Below are positions 38,587-49,211 of a stretch of 64,000 bases of DNA, in pieces. The notes beneath the pieces were generated by a model, which saw nothing but the letters and a program-made list of their open reading frames with translations, did no database searches and was not told the DNA's origin. A program made the translations under genes and the position numbers. Every line of letters starts with the position of its first letter. Positions within the stretch are counted from its first letter, which is position 1. The stretch lies in the IMG/VR virus record IMGVR_UViG_3300028552_000008, one strand, 5' to 3'. This stretch comes from an uncultured virus (IMG/VR IMGVR_UViG_3300028552_000008) (Duplodnaviria > Heunggongvirae > Uroviricota > Caudoviricetes).

Positions 38587-39720
38587 ATGTCAGACGCCTC
38601 TAGTATTAGAAGGACATCAGCAGTTTTAGCTCCAACTTCTGGTAATGCTAACCCTAAGCCTGGTACATTGCCTGGAGTTTTGACTCCTGGTTCACAACAA
38701 AATAACCCTGGTGGTACTGGCTTTGCTGGTGCTCAAGCCACAGCAGCTGGATTTTTTGCTGGTGGTATCAGATTTTGTTTAAATCCATCTGGGTATTATT
38801 TCACTTATACTGATACAAGTGGTATTAGTAGACTCCGTGAAACTGGTCAGGCTTACATTAATACAGGCACGCAGTGGACTCCAGTTGGTAACAATCCACT
38901 AGATATCAATGTCCCCCTCGCCGCTAATGCTATTGATCAATATGTTTATGTAGCTGACCGTCCTTATAACGTATTGAGTGGTTCATTTGTATATACTACT
39001 CCTGGTGGCTCTTCTTGTGCACTTCAGTTAGGTGTATGTCCTTTCTCTCAAGGTATATTAGCTGGTGCTGGTACTATTACTACTACTAACTCTTCTGCTA
39101 CTGTTAATGGTGTTAGTACTACATTTACTTCTGCACTAATTGGTTCCGCAATTTTCAGTCCTTCAGGTACTTATATTGGTACAGTCTCAGCTGTAGGTAG
39201 CACAACCTCTCTTACATTGGCTGTGGCTGCTTCTAATGCATGGGGTGGTGGTACTCAGGTATTGACTGGTTCTGCCTGGAATTACGGCCCTTATCTTACT
39301 GGTACTGGTAACCTTACTGCGTCTACTGCAACTTCTGCTGTGACTGTTACTGCTGCTGGTTTTGCTAGTTCTGTTACAGTTGGTAGTAACTTGTATGATC
39401 AATATGGTAGAACTCTTGGTGTGATTGCTTCCGTTAATAGTACTACATCTCTTACTCTAACCGCCAATGCTGCTTTTAATGCAGCTGCTACAACTTGGTC
39501 ATATAGCACCTTGTTTATTGGTGTGCCAGCTTATGGTACTAATGTGTTTACTGCTACCATCCCACTCACTGCAAGTCCGGGTATTGTACAAATTGGTACT
39601 TTGAATGCCACTATTGCTAATACTCAAATAACTACTGGACAGGCTTTGGCCCTTAGATTTACTGGTACTGTCACAGGTTTGGCTGGGTTGACTGGTACTG
39701 TTATCTTGCAACCTCAGTAA
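38587..39720 (+). CDS. Thr/Gly-rich virion structural (fibre or decoration-like) protein
   Basis: Two internal repeats GT(I/L)T...V.....F......G....GT(V/I).SV.STTSLTL; followed by a terminator. Confidence 0.65.
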   Translation: MSDASSIRRTSAVLAPTSGNANPKPGTLPGVLTPGSQQNNPGGTGFAGAQATAAGFFAGGIRFCLNPSGYYFTYTDTSGISRLRETGQAYINTGTQWTPVGNNPLDINVPLAANAIDQYVYVADRPYNVLSGSFVYTTPGGSSCALQLGVCPFSQGILAGAGTITTTNSSATVNGVSTTFTSALIGSAIFSPSGTYIGTVSAVGSTTSLTLAVAASNAWGGGTQVLTGSAWNYGPYLTGTGNLTASTATSAVTVTAAGFASSVTVGSNLYDQYGRTLGVIASVNSTTSLTLTANAAFNAAATTWSYSTLFIGVPAYGTNVFTATIPLTASPGIVQIGTLNATIANTQITTGQALALRFTGTVTGLAGLTGTVILQPQ

Positions 39721-39740
39721 GCTATTTAATCTTATCACAA

Positions 39741-39768
39741 AGCAACCTATTTACTTAGGTTGCTTTTT
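39741..39768 (+). terminator. Intrinsic terminator
   Basis: agcaaccta/taggttgct hairpin plus T run. Confidence 0.8.
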
Positions 39769-39787
39769 TATTTGACAACTTTCCTCT

Positions 39788-40062
39788 ATTTTGAAATGAT
39801 ACTAAACATGAATGAACAAGCTACGTTAGACACACCAGTGATACCTAATTTTAAGATGTCGACTGAGCAGATAGTTAAGTTATTGCAGGGTTATTTGGCA
39901 CAAGCAGATACTAGTTTAACTAGTTTACAATCTAATATAGATGATGCTACAAATAAATTGAATGAATGGAAGAGAATGCAGTTGATTATAGTAGGACAGA
40001 AACAATTGATACAAGATATACTAAGTAAGACGGTAGACACACCTAAAGAAGAGACTAAATAA
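39788..40062 (+). CDS. Small coiled-coil protein
   Basis: Likely start MNEQAT after a TTGACA element; start position approximate. Confidence 0.6.
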
Positions 40063-40065
40063 ATT

Positions 40066-40260
40066 ATGGCTATAACGCTAAATGACACCAAGACTAGAAT
40101 ATACAACCTTTATATAGAACAGTTGGAAGCAGAGGAAGAAAAGAAAGCTACTAGTAAGATGCATTCAGAAAATATTAAACGGATTAAATCTGAAATTAAG
40201 GATATTCTGAATGAAGAAGCAGAAGTTGTAAAGAATGCTCAAAAGAGTATTGACGATTAA
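40066..40260 (+). CDS. Small coiled-coil protein
   Basis: 64-aa ORF, tightly packed. Confidence 0.6.
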   Translation: MAITLNDTKTRIYNLYIEQLEAEEEKKATSKMHSENIKRIKSEIKDILNEEAEVVKNAQKSIDD

Positions 40261-40276
40261 ATAGATTGAAGTAATA

Positions 40277-40313
40277 TGAGGCTAGGCTATTTAATGTAGT
40301 TTAGCCTCATTTT
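40277..40313 (+). terminator. Intrinsic terminator
   Basis: atgaggct...agcctcat hairpin plus T run. Confidence 0.7.
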
Positions 40314-40319
40314 ATTTAT

Positions 40320-40700
40320 ATGATTGATATTTTAATTTCATACCTATTATTAAGTGCAAGTATAGCCATGTTTTTAGTTATATGGTTTAATAATACTTTT
40401 GTTGAATATATGAATTTACTAAGATTGACTAAGTTCTTTTATATAGAAGAATACAATAATATTACTGTAGATGACCCTAGTTTGTCTTATCTAGAATATT
40501 TAGCTGCTAATCGGTCTAACTTCCTTGTAAAAATTATTAGTTGTCCCAAATGTATAGTAGTCTGGTTATCTATACTATTACATATTCCTATTATCGTATT
40601 TATAGATTTTCCTTTAATATTTATTCCTGTAAGTATATTTATAGCAGCTTACTTTAGTTTGCTAATGTACTATATTTTGGTTAAACTAATGAATAAATGA
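40320..40700 (+). CDS. Membrane protein with C-x-x-C-x-x-x-W motif
   Basis: Three hydrophobic segments; SCPKCIVVW. Confidence 0.65.
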   Translation: MIDILISYLLLSASIAMFLVIWFNNTFVEYMNLLRLTKFFYIEEYNNITVDDPSLSYLEYLAANRSNFLVKIISCPKCIVVWLSILLHIPIIVFIDFPLIFIPVSIFIAAYFSLLMYYILVKLMNK

Positions 40701-42517
40701 GTAATAGTTTCATAGATAGCTTGATTGAGGTAACTAATTCTACTAATCATCAAGCACAGTATATACCACAACCGTCTAGTAGTATTCCTAGTTCTGGATG
40801 TACTTTACCAGCATTGCTCACACCTCCTACTATCGGAGCAGTCACACCACCATCTAATGTAAAAGCTTGTGTACCTTTATTCGTACAATTTCCATTAGTA
40901 CCAGAACCCTTTCCATTACCTGAGAATTGCCCTTCAGGTATTTCATTTACTCCTAATACTCAAGCTATAGGGATATTAAATACTTCTGGAATGATTCCTT
41001 ATACTTCTATTACTGTAGGTATAACTCCAGGAGTTGATGTTTGTCATTTTAATTTAGACATCCCACCTACACTAATTATACCTTGCTATCCTACTGGTCC
41101 TTTATTTAGTGGAGTTTTACAGTTTAAGATGGTTGGTGATGGTTCTCCAATTGCAGATGATTTTTCATTAAGCACTACTAGAATTAGTGGAGATATAACC
41201 CAGCCTTGTACCTGGAATATTGATACTATAATAAATCTACCAACCCCTAATTGCGCAGCTGGTATTTCATTTCAGAGCAATGTAACGGTAAATCTAAATA
41301 ATAGTACAGCTCTACCACCAGTAATAACATATTTATATTCAAGGGTTTATTCTATAGGACAGAGCATAATTGATACTAATGGAAATCTACAAACAGTCAC
41401 TGCTATTACTGGTGATGGTACATCCGGTGTAACTGCTCCTACCTGGGCTATATCTGGTACTACTGTAGATCATAATGTTACCTGGACCATGTCTCAAGCA
41501 TCAATAAGTAACTATGCTTATGTTGATGTTTTAAGTCAGTATGATTATTATAGATTAATACATGGAATTCCCCCTACTACCAAAGATTGCGGTTCAGTAT
41601 TGTTAGGTAATCTTGAATTAGGTATTGTTTGTCCATCAGGTTTAAGTGTAGGAGGTAGTGGGACAGCTACCTTTTTATTCCCTGGTGATATAGGTTATAG
41701 TGCTCCAGTAGGTGATCCAACTATTGCGTTATCTATTAGTTCTTGTAATTTAAATTTTGGTATTACTAATATAAGTTTCCCGGCTTTAAAATGTGCTTCA
41801 GGTTATACAGCAAACGCAGTTTCAGTAACTAGTGTAAAGGATGTATTAGGAAATACAGTTAGTCAGACTGGTGGAGGAAATACACCTTTTCAAATAACCC
41901 CCTCAGCTTGTTTAGGATTATCAAATCTAGGTAATCTAATAGTTCCTGGTTGTGCTCCTGGTAATTTTGTTAATTGGTATTTAAATTCTTCTACTTCAGG
42001 TGGAACTACTACATTATCTATTTCTAGTGGTTCTCCTACTACTAGCAGCTATTTAACTGTAACTCCTACTACTTGTGGTATAACTCCTTCTGGTTCATTT
42101 TCATTTAGCAGTGCTTCAAGTTTAGGAATAACTGATGGTACTACAAGTTTAAGTAATGTATCTAATATTACTTTTAATGGAATGACAGTTGGAGGTACTA
42201 GTGGGGCAGCTACCGTAACTGGAACTAAGTTAACTGATGGCACTACTACATTAAATGGGGCACAGATGCTTACTTTTGTAGGTGGTACTTTAAGTGGTAC
42301 TACTTCCAGTGCTACAATTACAATAAGTCCAGCTGGTTCCGGGCTTAATTATCGAGGAGTTTGGAGTGCATTATCTACTTATAATCTTAATGATGTTGCA
42401 GTATTAGGGGCAGGTACTTCGTCTGGTATGTATATATGTTTAATAAATTCTAATACTAATAGTCCTGATACTGGTACTGGCTGGTTTCAAGCCTGTTCTT
42501 ATGCTACCTGGTTATAA
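40697..42517 (+). CDS. Tail/baseplate fibre-like protein
   Basis: Thr/Ser/Gly/Cys-rich; IIDTNGNLQ module; C-terminal YRGVWS..STYNLND module. Confidence 0.65.
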   Translation: MSNSFIDSLIEVTNSTNHQAQYIPQPSSSIPSSGCTLPALLTPPTIGAVTPPSNVKACVPLFVQFPLVPEPFPLPENCPSGISFTPNTQAIGILNTSGMIPYTSITVGITPGVDVCHFNLDIPPTLIIPCYPTGPLFSGVLQFKMVGDGSPIADDFSLSTTRISGDITQPCTWNIDTIINLPTPNCAAGISFQSNVTVNLNNSTALPPVITYLYSRVYSIGQSIIDTNGNLQTVTAITGDGTSGVTAPTWAISGTTVDHNVTWTMSQASISNYAYVDVLSQYDYYRLIHGIPPTTKDCGSVLLGNLELGIVCPSGLSVGGSGTATFLFPGDIGYSAPVGDPTIALSISSCNLNFGITNISFPALKCASGYTANAVSVTSVKDVLGNTVSQTGGGNTPFQITPSACLGLSNLGNLIVPGCAPGNFVNWYLNSSTSGGTTTLSISSGSPTTSSYLTVTPTTCGITPSGSFSFSSASSLGITDGTTSLSNVSNITFNGMTVGGTSGAATVTGTKLTDGTTTLNGAQMLTFVGGTLSGTTSSATITISPAGSGLNYRGVWSALSTYNLNDVAVLGAGTSSGMYICLINSNTNSPDTGTGWFQACSYATWL

Positions 42518-42520
42518 ATT

Positions 42521-45415
42521 ATGTCTGTAGCTCCTGGTAATAACTTTAAATTAACTGATTTACAAGCATTAGCAACTCAAGCTAATGCAGTCTCATCTAC
42601 TAGTTTTGACTTGAGTACATTTTATTATGTGTATCCAATGTTTTATGACTTAAGTAGTAATCCATATGGTTATCGTATTTGTGGTGCTTTTGCTTTAACT
42701 GCTAGAGGAAGTGGTTATGCTGTTGGAGATATAGTAGTTTCCCCAGGCTATACTACATATTTTGAAGTTGGTTCAGTAGATATTACTGGAGCTATTATAG
42801 GATTGGTAACTTATACTAATTCTGCCTTTTCTCCTTCCGGTGATCTGACTACCACACCTCCATTCCCTTCATATACAGACCCTACTCCTGGCGCACTTAA
42901 TACAGTAACTGGTTCTGGTACTGGAGCTACTATTACTTTTACTGTTAGTCAAGTAGGCCCTTCTCAAAATTATTCATTTCCAGACTATAATCCTGGTAAT
43001 GGTTATTTTACCGATTTTTATCTTTGTTTTGGAGGTACTGGTTATACTGCTGGCGATAATTTAACTTTGCCTGGAGCTAAGATAGTTGGTGGCAGTCCAG
43101 TTCCAGTACATGTTGTAAGTGTTGATGGTAGTGGCAAGATATTAACATTCACATTACCTAATACTACTTATATAGGATTTCTTCAATACTTATCTAATAC
43201 TCCACAATATTTAGCTGCTAGTGGTGGAACCGGTAGTGGGGCAACTTTTGGTGGTTTGTTTATAGTTCCTCAAAGACCTACTTGGCTAGCTGAACTAAAT
43301 AGACTTCGTAGTGCTATTTGGGGGTTGAAGGATTTGGATGATTCTTTTACATTTATGAATGTTACTTCACCTTCATTATTGTGTGTTTCTGGACCCTGGC
43401 CTGTAGGTGGACCAAATGATAATTATGCAAGTACCTGGTTTTATTTTGAAGATACTGGTGGTGGAGCAACAGTTACAATTAGTAGTAATTTCCCTGGTAG
43501 TGGTGCACCTTTTTCTGCAGGTTTAAGAACTAATGCCGTTTGCAGTATGCTTTTGTCAACGTTTCCACCATCACCATACTATTATCCAGTAACAACAAAG
43601 CAACGACAAGCCTTTGTGGTTGGTGGTGTTGATTCTCTCTTTGTTAGTGGGACCTTCCATATAACTGCGGAGTATGTGCGTGGAGGGACTGCTGTGATAA
43701 CATACCCTGGACCAACCACAACCATTACACCCGATACAGTTGACCCTAATACGCTTTGGTCTGTAAATCTATCTCCTAGTGGTGGTTATAATGCATTTCC
43801 TGGTTCAGTTTCTTATTCTACATTGGTGGCTGATACAGGATTTTGTAGTATTGGGATTGTCGAAATTTCAATAGCGGTGAGCGCGACTCTAGCACCGGGG
43901 CGGTATGAACTTGAGGTGGACATACCACAATTACCGGATGACACATCAGTTCCTATAACCGGTACACAGACCACATATACACGCCTTTTCCCAAATGGCA
44001 CTAACCCACTAGATGATGGCAGCGGCGGCAATGGAAAATTATTTGGCCCTGTCACAGCCAGTATTAGTTATAGTACAGCAGTTACAGCTTATGGAATTGA
44101 TAATGCATGGCCAATTAAAAAGATAAACTTACCTGGTGATGGACTTTCTCACGGCCCAGGATTATTATTTGTGCAGGATATACCTAATAATAATTGGAAT
44201 TCTGGAGCTGGCCCTACATTTCCTGCTATTACATATGATCCGGAAAAAATATTTGGTAATGGTTGGAGTATTGGTACTAGTAAGGCTGGATTTTGGTCTT
44301 CAATGTCACCTGCTATTAGTAGTTTAGCTATTCCTAGTTTAACTTCAATGCCTTGGAATTTAACTAGAACTAAATATGCAGTAGCCGGTAATGCTACAGT
44401 AAATCCAATGCTACAAGGTGATTTGGCTCCTAACGGTTCAGGTATGTTTGGTGCTTATGCTCAAGTATCTAACTCATATAATCAACTCAGTCCAGTAGAA
44501 AGTCAATCCGAGCCTCCTAGTTGGGCTGCTTCTATATATTTTACGTCTGGATTTACAATTATAGATTCTAACGGTAATTATCAAACAGTATTTACAGGTG
44601 GTATATCTGGCGGTTCACATCCAGTTTGGTCTGGGGCATTTGGTGGATCTACTACTGATAATGGAGTGGTATGGCATTGTTCTAAAGTATTTACTGCACC
44701 GGCTACTACTTGGATAGCTAGTACAGTATTTCAATCAGGACAAACTATAATAGATTCTAACGGTAATATTGAAACTGCTCAAAATACCGGTACTAGTAAT
44801 TCATCAGCACCTGCCTGGCCTGGAACTTTAGGAGGTACAGTAACTGATAATACTATAACCTGGAAATTTACTTCTCGTTATCAAGCTTTCCAACCAGGCC
44901 AACATAGAATCCCACCACTTCCTAGATACCCTGTTTATTGGTATAGTGAGACAATTCCTAGAATGATGCCCCCTACACTTACTAGCGGTAATACTATTTG
45001 GGGAGCTTATGATCAGTGGCAATATAATACTTATAATTCTCCTAGCTTTGATCAAGGTTGGCATCAAGTAGGTCCTACTGATACACCAGCTAAAGGAAAA
45101 GCTTATGGTTGGTGGATATATAGTGTATCTATTAATAGAATAGCTAGTACTGCTGGAACCGTAGCTGTAACTTTAGGATGTATTAGAAGTAGTGTATTTA
45201 GTCCATTTGCAACTTATAATACTGGTACAACTAATCAAGTTCTTTGGCCCATATTTACAAGTGATGCCTTAGTATATCAATGTAGTGAAAGAGTTGATGT
45301 TCAAGCATTAGCTATTGCTTCTACTAATAGTGTATCTCAAGGTCAAGTAGTACAATCTCCTATATGTGCAGCATTTGTTACCGATACTTCAGCTTTAATA
45401 TCGCTAATAACTTAA
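42521..45415 (+). CDS. Tail fibre/adhesin-like protein
   Basis: GSGY..GD and GTG.GAT repeats; two W.AS..F.SG.TIIDSNGN..T modules. Confidence 0.7.
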   Translation: MSVAPGNNFKLTDLQALATQANAVSSTSFDLSTFYYVYPMFYDLSSNPYGYRICGAFALTARGSGYAVGDIVVSPGYTTYFEVGSVDITGAIIGLVTYTNSAFSPSGDLTTTPPFPSYTDPTPGALNTVTGSGTGATITFTVSQVGPSQNYSFPDYNPGNGYFTDFYLCFGGTGYTAGDNLTLPGAKIVGGSPVPVHVVSVDGSGKILTFTLPNTTYIGFLQYLSNTPQYLAASGGTGSGATFGGLFIVPQRPTWLAELNRLRSAIWGLKDLDDSFTFMNVTSPSLLCVSGPWPVGGPNDNYASTWFYFEDTGGGATVTISSNFPGSGAPFSAGLRTNAVCSMLLSTFPPSPYYYPVTTKQRQAFVVGGVDSLFVSGTFHITAEYVRGGTAVITYPGPTTTITPDTVDPNTLWSVNLSPSGGYNAFPGSVSYSTLVADTGFCSIGIVEISIAVSATLAPGRYELEVDIPQLPDDTSVPITGTQTTYTRLFPNGTNPLDDGSGGNGKLFGPVTASISYSTAVTAYGIDNAWPIKKINLPGDGLSHGPGLLFVQDIPNNNWNSGAGPTFPAITYDPEKIFGNGWSIGTSKAGFWSSMSPAISSLAIPSLTSMPWNLTRTKYAVAGNATVNPMLQGDLAPNGSGMFGAYAQVSNSYNQLSPVESQSEPPSWAASIYFTSGFTIIDSNGNYQTVFTGGISGGSHPVWSGAFGGSTTDNGVVWHCSKVFTAPATTWIASTVFQSGQTIIDSNGNIETAQNTGTSNSSAPAWPGTLGGTVTDNTITWKFTSRYQAFQPGQHRIPPLPRYPVYWYSETIPRMMPPTLTSGNTIWGAYDQWQYNTYNSPSFDQGWHQVGPTDTPAKGKAYGWWIYSVSINRIASTAGTVAVTLGCIRSSVFSPFATYNTGTTNQVLWPIFTSDALVYQCSERVDVQALAIASTNSVSQGQVVQSPICAAFVTDTSALISLIT

Positions 45416-45457
45416 TTGAATTGACTGGTATATCAAGTTTGTGTTAGAGTTGGAATT

Positions 45458-46051
45458 ATGGAAACATCTAATGCGATTGATTATAATTCTTGTACTGTTT
45501 TAAGAGGAGCCCAACACACTGAAACTTGTGAAGCTCATGGTGTTTATACTGCTAGATGTATAGACTCTAATAATAATTTAATTTGGGAAGATACTATAGA
45601 TAATGTAGTTAATACTGAAGGTAAAAACCTGGCTTTTAATACATTTTTAAACGGCTCTGCTTATACTGTTACTGGGCCTTATATGGGTTTAATTAGTTCA
45701 GTATCTTATTCTACCGTAGCTGCTGGTGATACAGCTGCTCAAATTAATGGTACTAATGGTTGGAAGGAAGCAGGTTCCAGCACTAATTATCCATTATACA
45801 CTACTCCTAGAAAAACTTGTGCCTGGTCTGCTGCTTCTGCTGGTTCGATTTCACTTTCCGCAGCTCTAAGTTTTCCTATTATCACTACTGGTGGTACAGT
45901 TAAAGGATGTTTTATTATCTTTGGCTCTGGTGCTTCGTCCACTATTGCTAATACTTCAGGTACTCTTTGGTCTGCTGGTCTATTCTCAGGTGGTGATAAG
46001 ATTGTTAACCCTGGTGATACAATTCAAGTATCATATAGTACTAGCATGTAA
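45458..46051 (+). CDS. Phage tail-associated structural protein
   Basis: WED...NVVN.EG.N and GDT.QVSY pattern; lies among fibre genes. Confidence 0.65.
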   Translation: METSNAIDYNSCTVLRGAQHTETCEAHGVYTARCIDSNNNLIWEDTIDNVVNTEGKNLAFNTFLNGSAYTVTGPYMGLISSVSYSTVAAGDTAAQINGTNGWKEAGSSTNYPLYTTPRKTCAWSAASAGSISLSAALSFPIITTGGTVKGCFIIFGSGASSTIANTSGTLWSAGLFSGGDKIVNPGDTIQVSYSTSM

Positions 46052-46054
46052 TAT

Positions 46055-49000
46055 ATGGCTTTTGATGCCCATTCAAATCTAGCAATATCACAAGTAGCCA
46101 CTGCTCCATCACCACCTACTTCTGGTACTTCACTAACTGTAACTACTGGTCAGGGTGCATTATTTCCTACTCCCCCATTTAATTGCACTGTCTGGCCTTC
46201 AGGTGTTATACCTACTACAGTTAATGCTGAGATTATTAGGGTTACTGCAGTTGCCACTGATACATTTACTATAACTAGAGCACAAGAAGGAACATCTGCT
46301 GTATCTATTGCTGTAGGATACCAAATAGCCAATACTGTTACTAAAAAGGTAGTTACAGATATTGAAAATGCAATTCCTACTACGTTACCTCCTAATGGTT
46401 CTGCTAGCGGTGATTTATCAGGTAGTTATCCAGGTCCTACAGTAGCAAAGATTAACGGCACTTCTTTAGCAGGATTAGCTACAGGGTTATTAAAGAATAC
46501 TACTGGTACTGGTGTTCCTAGTATTGCAGCGTCTGGTGATTTGCCTGGTGGGCCATATTTAGGTGCTACTGCCTCTGCTTCTGGTGATTTATCAGGTAGT
46601 TATCCAGGTCCTACAGTAGCAAAGATTAACGGTACTTCATTAGCAGGTCTTGCTACCGGTATACTTAAAAACACTACTGGTACTGGTGTTCCTAGTATTG
46701 CAGCGTCTGGTGATTTGCCTGGTGGACCTTATCAAACGACAGCATCTTATGGTGTGTTAGGGTTTTCTTCAGTAGCTACAGCTGGAAGTACAACTACATT
46801 AAGTGGATCAGCTACTAATTATATAATTTTTACTGGTACATTAACTCAGATTTGTGTACTACCTAATGCCACTACACTTTCTAATGGGGCGTCATTCTTT
46901 ATTGATAATAGTTCAACTGGAGCTGTTACTGTAAATATGAATGGTGGAACTACTTTATGGATTGTAGGAGCTGGAGCATTTTTAGAGTTAGTATTAACTA
47001 GTAATGGAACTTCAGCTGGTACCTGGAATACTCAATATTTTGGTAGTACGGTATCAACAGGAAAAGTCATTAACTTAGCTGATAATTTAACATCAGTAGC
47101 CAATACTCCAGGGGTATTTCAGAATGATGGAAGTGGTAATATATCTTACGGTCCACCACCACCTACTATAACCCAACTTGATCTTTGGGGACATTCCTGG
47201 CTTGATGATATAGTTTATATTACTGGCGCAAATCAAATTACTGATCCTGCTGAAATATTAAATAACGTACTTACAAATGCTTTGGGAATTTCTCAAGATA
47301 GAGTAAGAAATCATGCTAGGAGTGGTGCAAACCTTACGTCTCAAGGATGTTTAATGGGCGGTTATATGAGGTTTTTAACTGAAATAACTCGTACCAAAAA
47401 ATATTCTCCATTTTATCGACAAGGTGGTTTATCTGTAATTGTATATGGTATTAATGATTTAGGTAATAATACATCAGCTAATCAATCATTAATGCGCTCA
47501 GTATTTTCGCAAGCCTTAACCATGGCTATTAGTAGAATAAGAGCTTCAGCTATTTTTCCTTGTGGCACTGGGTTAGCTCAATGGGCTTTTGGTACTAATT
47601 ATGCAGCCGGTCCAGTAGCTAACCTTGAGTGGATGTCTACTGTTGGAATGCAAGCAACAGTAGTAGATTCTGGTGGTACTTCTACAGCAACTTTCACCAT
47701 TCCATTTGGCTATAAAGGAGAACCAATAGGATTTCTATTAGTTGGTACTTCCGGAGCAACTTCAGGTATTGTTACTTGGGGTGGAAATATTACTGGAACT
47801 AGTGGTATTATTGGAACTACTACCACTTTAAACTCTACTTCCATAGATGCTCATGGACCTGTATTCGTTAGATGGACTTCTGGTACTAATGGATTATCAG
47901 CTGCTAATGCTGGTCAGACTATTACTATCAAGGTAACTACTGCGAGTGGGACAGTACAATTAGATTCAGCCTGGATTGAATCTCTTAAACCAAATCCTGT
48001 AGTTGTAGCCAATGTATATCAATGTGATTGTAGAACTATTACTTACGCTTTAGGGGATGGGGTAACTTCTGGTGTTACTACTTCTTTTACTTCTGGTTCA
48101 GCCAATTTTAATTCAAGTACTGATGCTGGAAATTCAATAACTGAGACTGATGCTCAAGGTGCTTTTACTTCTGGTAAGACTATTTCATCTGTAACTAATG
48201 CAACCACCATAGTATTATCAGGAAATGCTACTGGTGCTTTTACATCCATTAAATATACTTTTGGGCGTATTTTAAACGGTTACGCTAATTATGCTACTAA
48301 TACAGATTTTAGTGGGGCAACTCCAGCTAGTCATAGTGCAGCAGACACAGATTTACAAAATTTAAATAGCACAATTACTACAGTAGTTAATTCATTCGAT
48401 TCAATGGTTCAATTAGCTGACGTAAATACAGCTATGGGGATTGGTGGAACTGGAACTCTGCCTACTAACGTCTATACAACATCTGCTGATGGTTATCATC
48501 CTAATGCGGTTGGAGCAGCTTTGGCAACTAATGCTATATTTGCTGCTATTAAGAAGCTAGTACCTGTTGCTGATGGTTTAGGGACTCTAGGTGTATTAGA
48601 GACACAGACTCCACAAGGTTATCCAGTCGCTCCTAAACGAAATATTATTCGTCCTGGTAGTAATGTTTATTTACCTGAATTTGGTGTTTGGGGTGCTACA
48701 TATACTGCAGTTGCTGGTGATACGTTTGCTATTCCTTTCTGGGTATCAGAAGGTGGGGCTAATATTACTGCATTCCAAGTACAACAAACCAATGCTCCTG
48801 CTACAGCTGGATCTAACGTAAGATTTGGTATTTATGATGATACTATGTTTACAGGTTATCCTTGTAACCTTAGATATGAAGTTACATCAGGCGGTGCATT
48901 TGCGATGGGAACTACTGCAGCTATAAAGACTATTGGAACTAATACTTTTGGATGGCTACGATCAGGACTTTATTGGCAAGTATTTAAGATAGATTCCCTC

Positions 49001-49207
49001 GGTACAACTGCTAGTATAGTTAATACAATTGGAGGTCCTAGTCCGTATATGCCACAGTGGTTGGCCGCTGGTGGTACTGCTTCACCTATTGCTTGGAAAG
49101 TAACTAGTGTAGCTGCTGGTGCTTTACCTAATGAATTTAGTGCATTAGCTGCTGGTACTGCAGTTACTACAGCTCCAGCTGTAGGAATGACAATAACTGT
49201 AACATAA
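46055..49207 (+). CDS. Tail fibre/spike with SGNH (GDSL-like) hydrolase domain
   Basis: LWGHSW, RSGA, YGINDL, DGYHPN; N-terminal EII.VTA...DT.TI.RAQEGT module. Confidence 0.75.
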   Translation: MAFDAHSNLAISQVATAPSPPTSGTSLTVTTGQGALFPTPPFNCTVWPSGVIPTTVNAEIIRVTAVATDTFTITRAQEGTSAVSIAVGYQIANTVTKKVVTDIENAIPTTLPPNGSASGDLSGSYPGPTVAKINGTSLAGLATGLLKNTTGTGVPSIAASGDLPGGPYLGATASASGDLSGSYPGPTVAKINGTSLAGLATGILKNTTGTGVPSIAASGDLPGGPYQTTASYGVLGFSSVATAGSTTTLSGSATNYIIFTGTLTQICVLPNATTLSNGASFFIDNSSTGAVTVNMNGGTTLWIVGAGAFLELVLTSNGTSAGTWNTQYFGSTVSTGKVINLADNLTSVANTPGVFQNDGSGNISYGPPPPTITQLDLWGHSWLDDIVYITGANQITDPAEILNNVLTNALGISQDRVRNHARSGANLTSQGCLMGGYMRFLTEITRTKKYSPFYRQGGLSVIVYGINDLGNNTSANQSLMRSVFSQALTMAISRIRASAIFPCGTGLAQWAFGTNYAAGPVANLEWMSTVGMQATVVDSGGTSTATFTIPFGYKGEPIGFLLVGTSGATSGIVTWGGNITGTSGIIGTTTTLNSTSIDAHGPVFVRWTSGTNGLSAANAGQTITIKVTTASGTVQLDSAWIESLKPNPVVVANVYQCDCRTITYALGDGVTSGVTTSFTSGSANFNSSTDAGNSITETDAQGAFTSGKTISSVTNATTIVLSGNATGAFTSIKYTFGRILNGYANYATNTDFSGATPASHSAADTDLQNLNSTITTVVNSFDSMVQLADVNTAMGIGGTGTLPTNVYTTSADGYHPNAVGAALATNAIFAAIKKLVPVADGLGTLGVLETQTPQGYPVAPKRNIIRPGSNVYLPEFGVWGATYTAVAGDTFAIPFWVSEGGANITAFQVQQTNAPATAGSNVRFGIYDDTMFTGYPCNLRYEVTSGGAFAMGTTAAIKTIGTNTFGWLRSGLYWQVFKIDSLGTTASIVNTIGGPSPYMPQWLAAGGTASPIAWKVTSVAAGALPNEFSALAAGTAVTTAPAVGMTITVT
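46400..46730 (+). repeat. Tandem duplication within the fibre gene (two units of about 57 aa)
   Basis: SASGDLSGSYPGPTVAKINGTSLAGLATG.LKNTTGTGVPSIAASGDLPGGPY twice. Confidence 0.9.
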
Positions 49208-49211
49208 TGAA

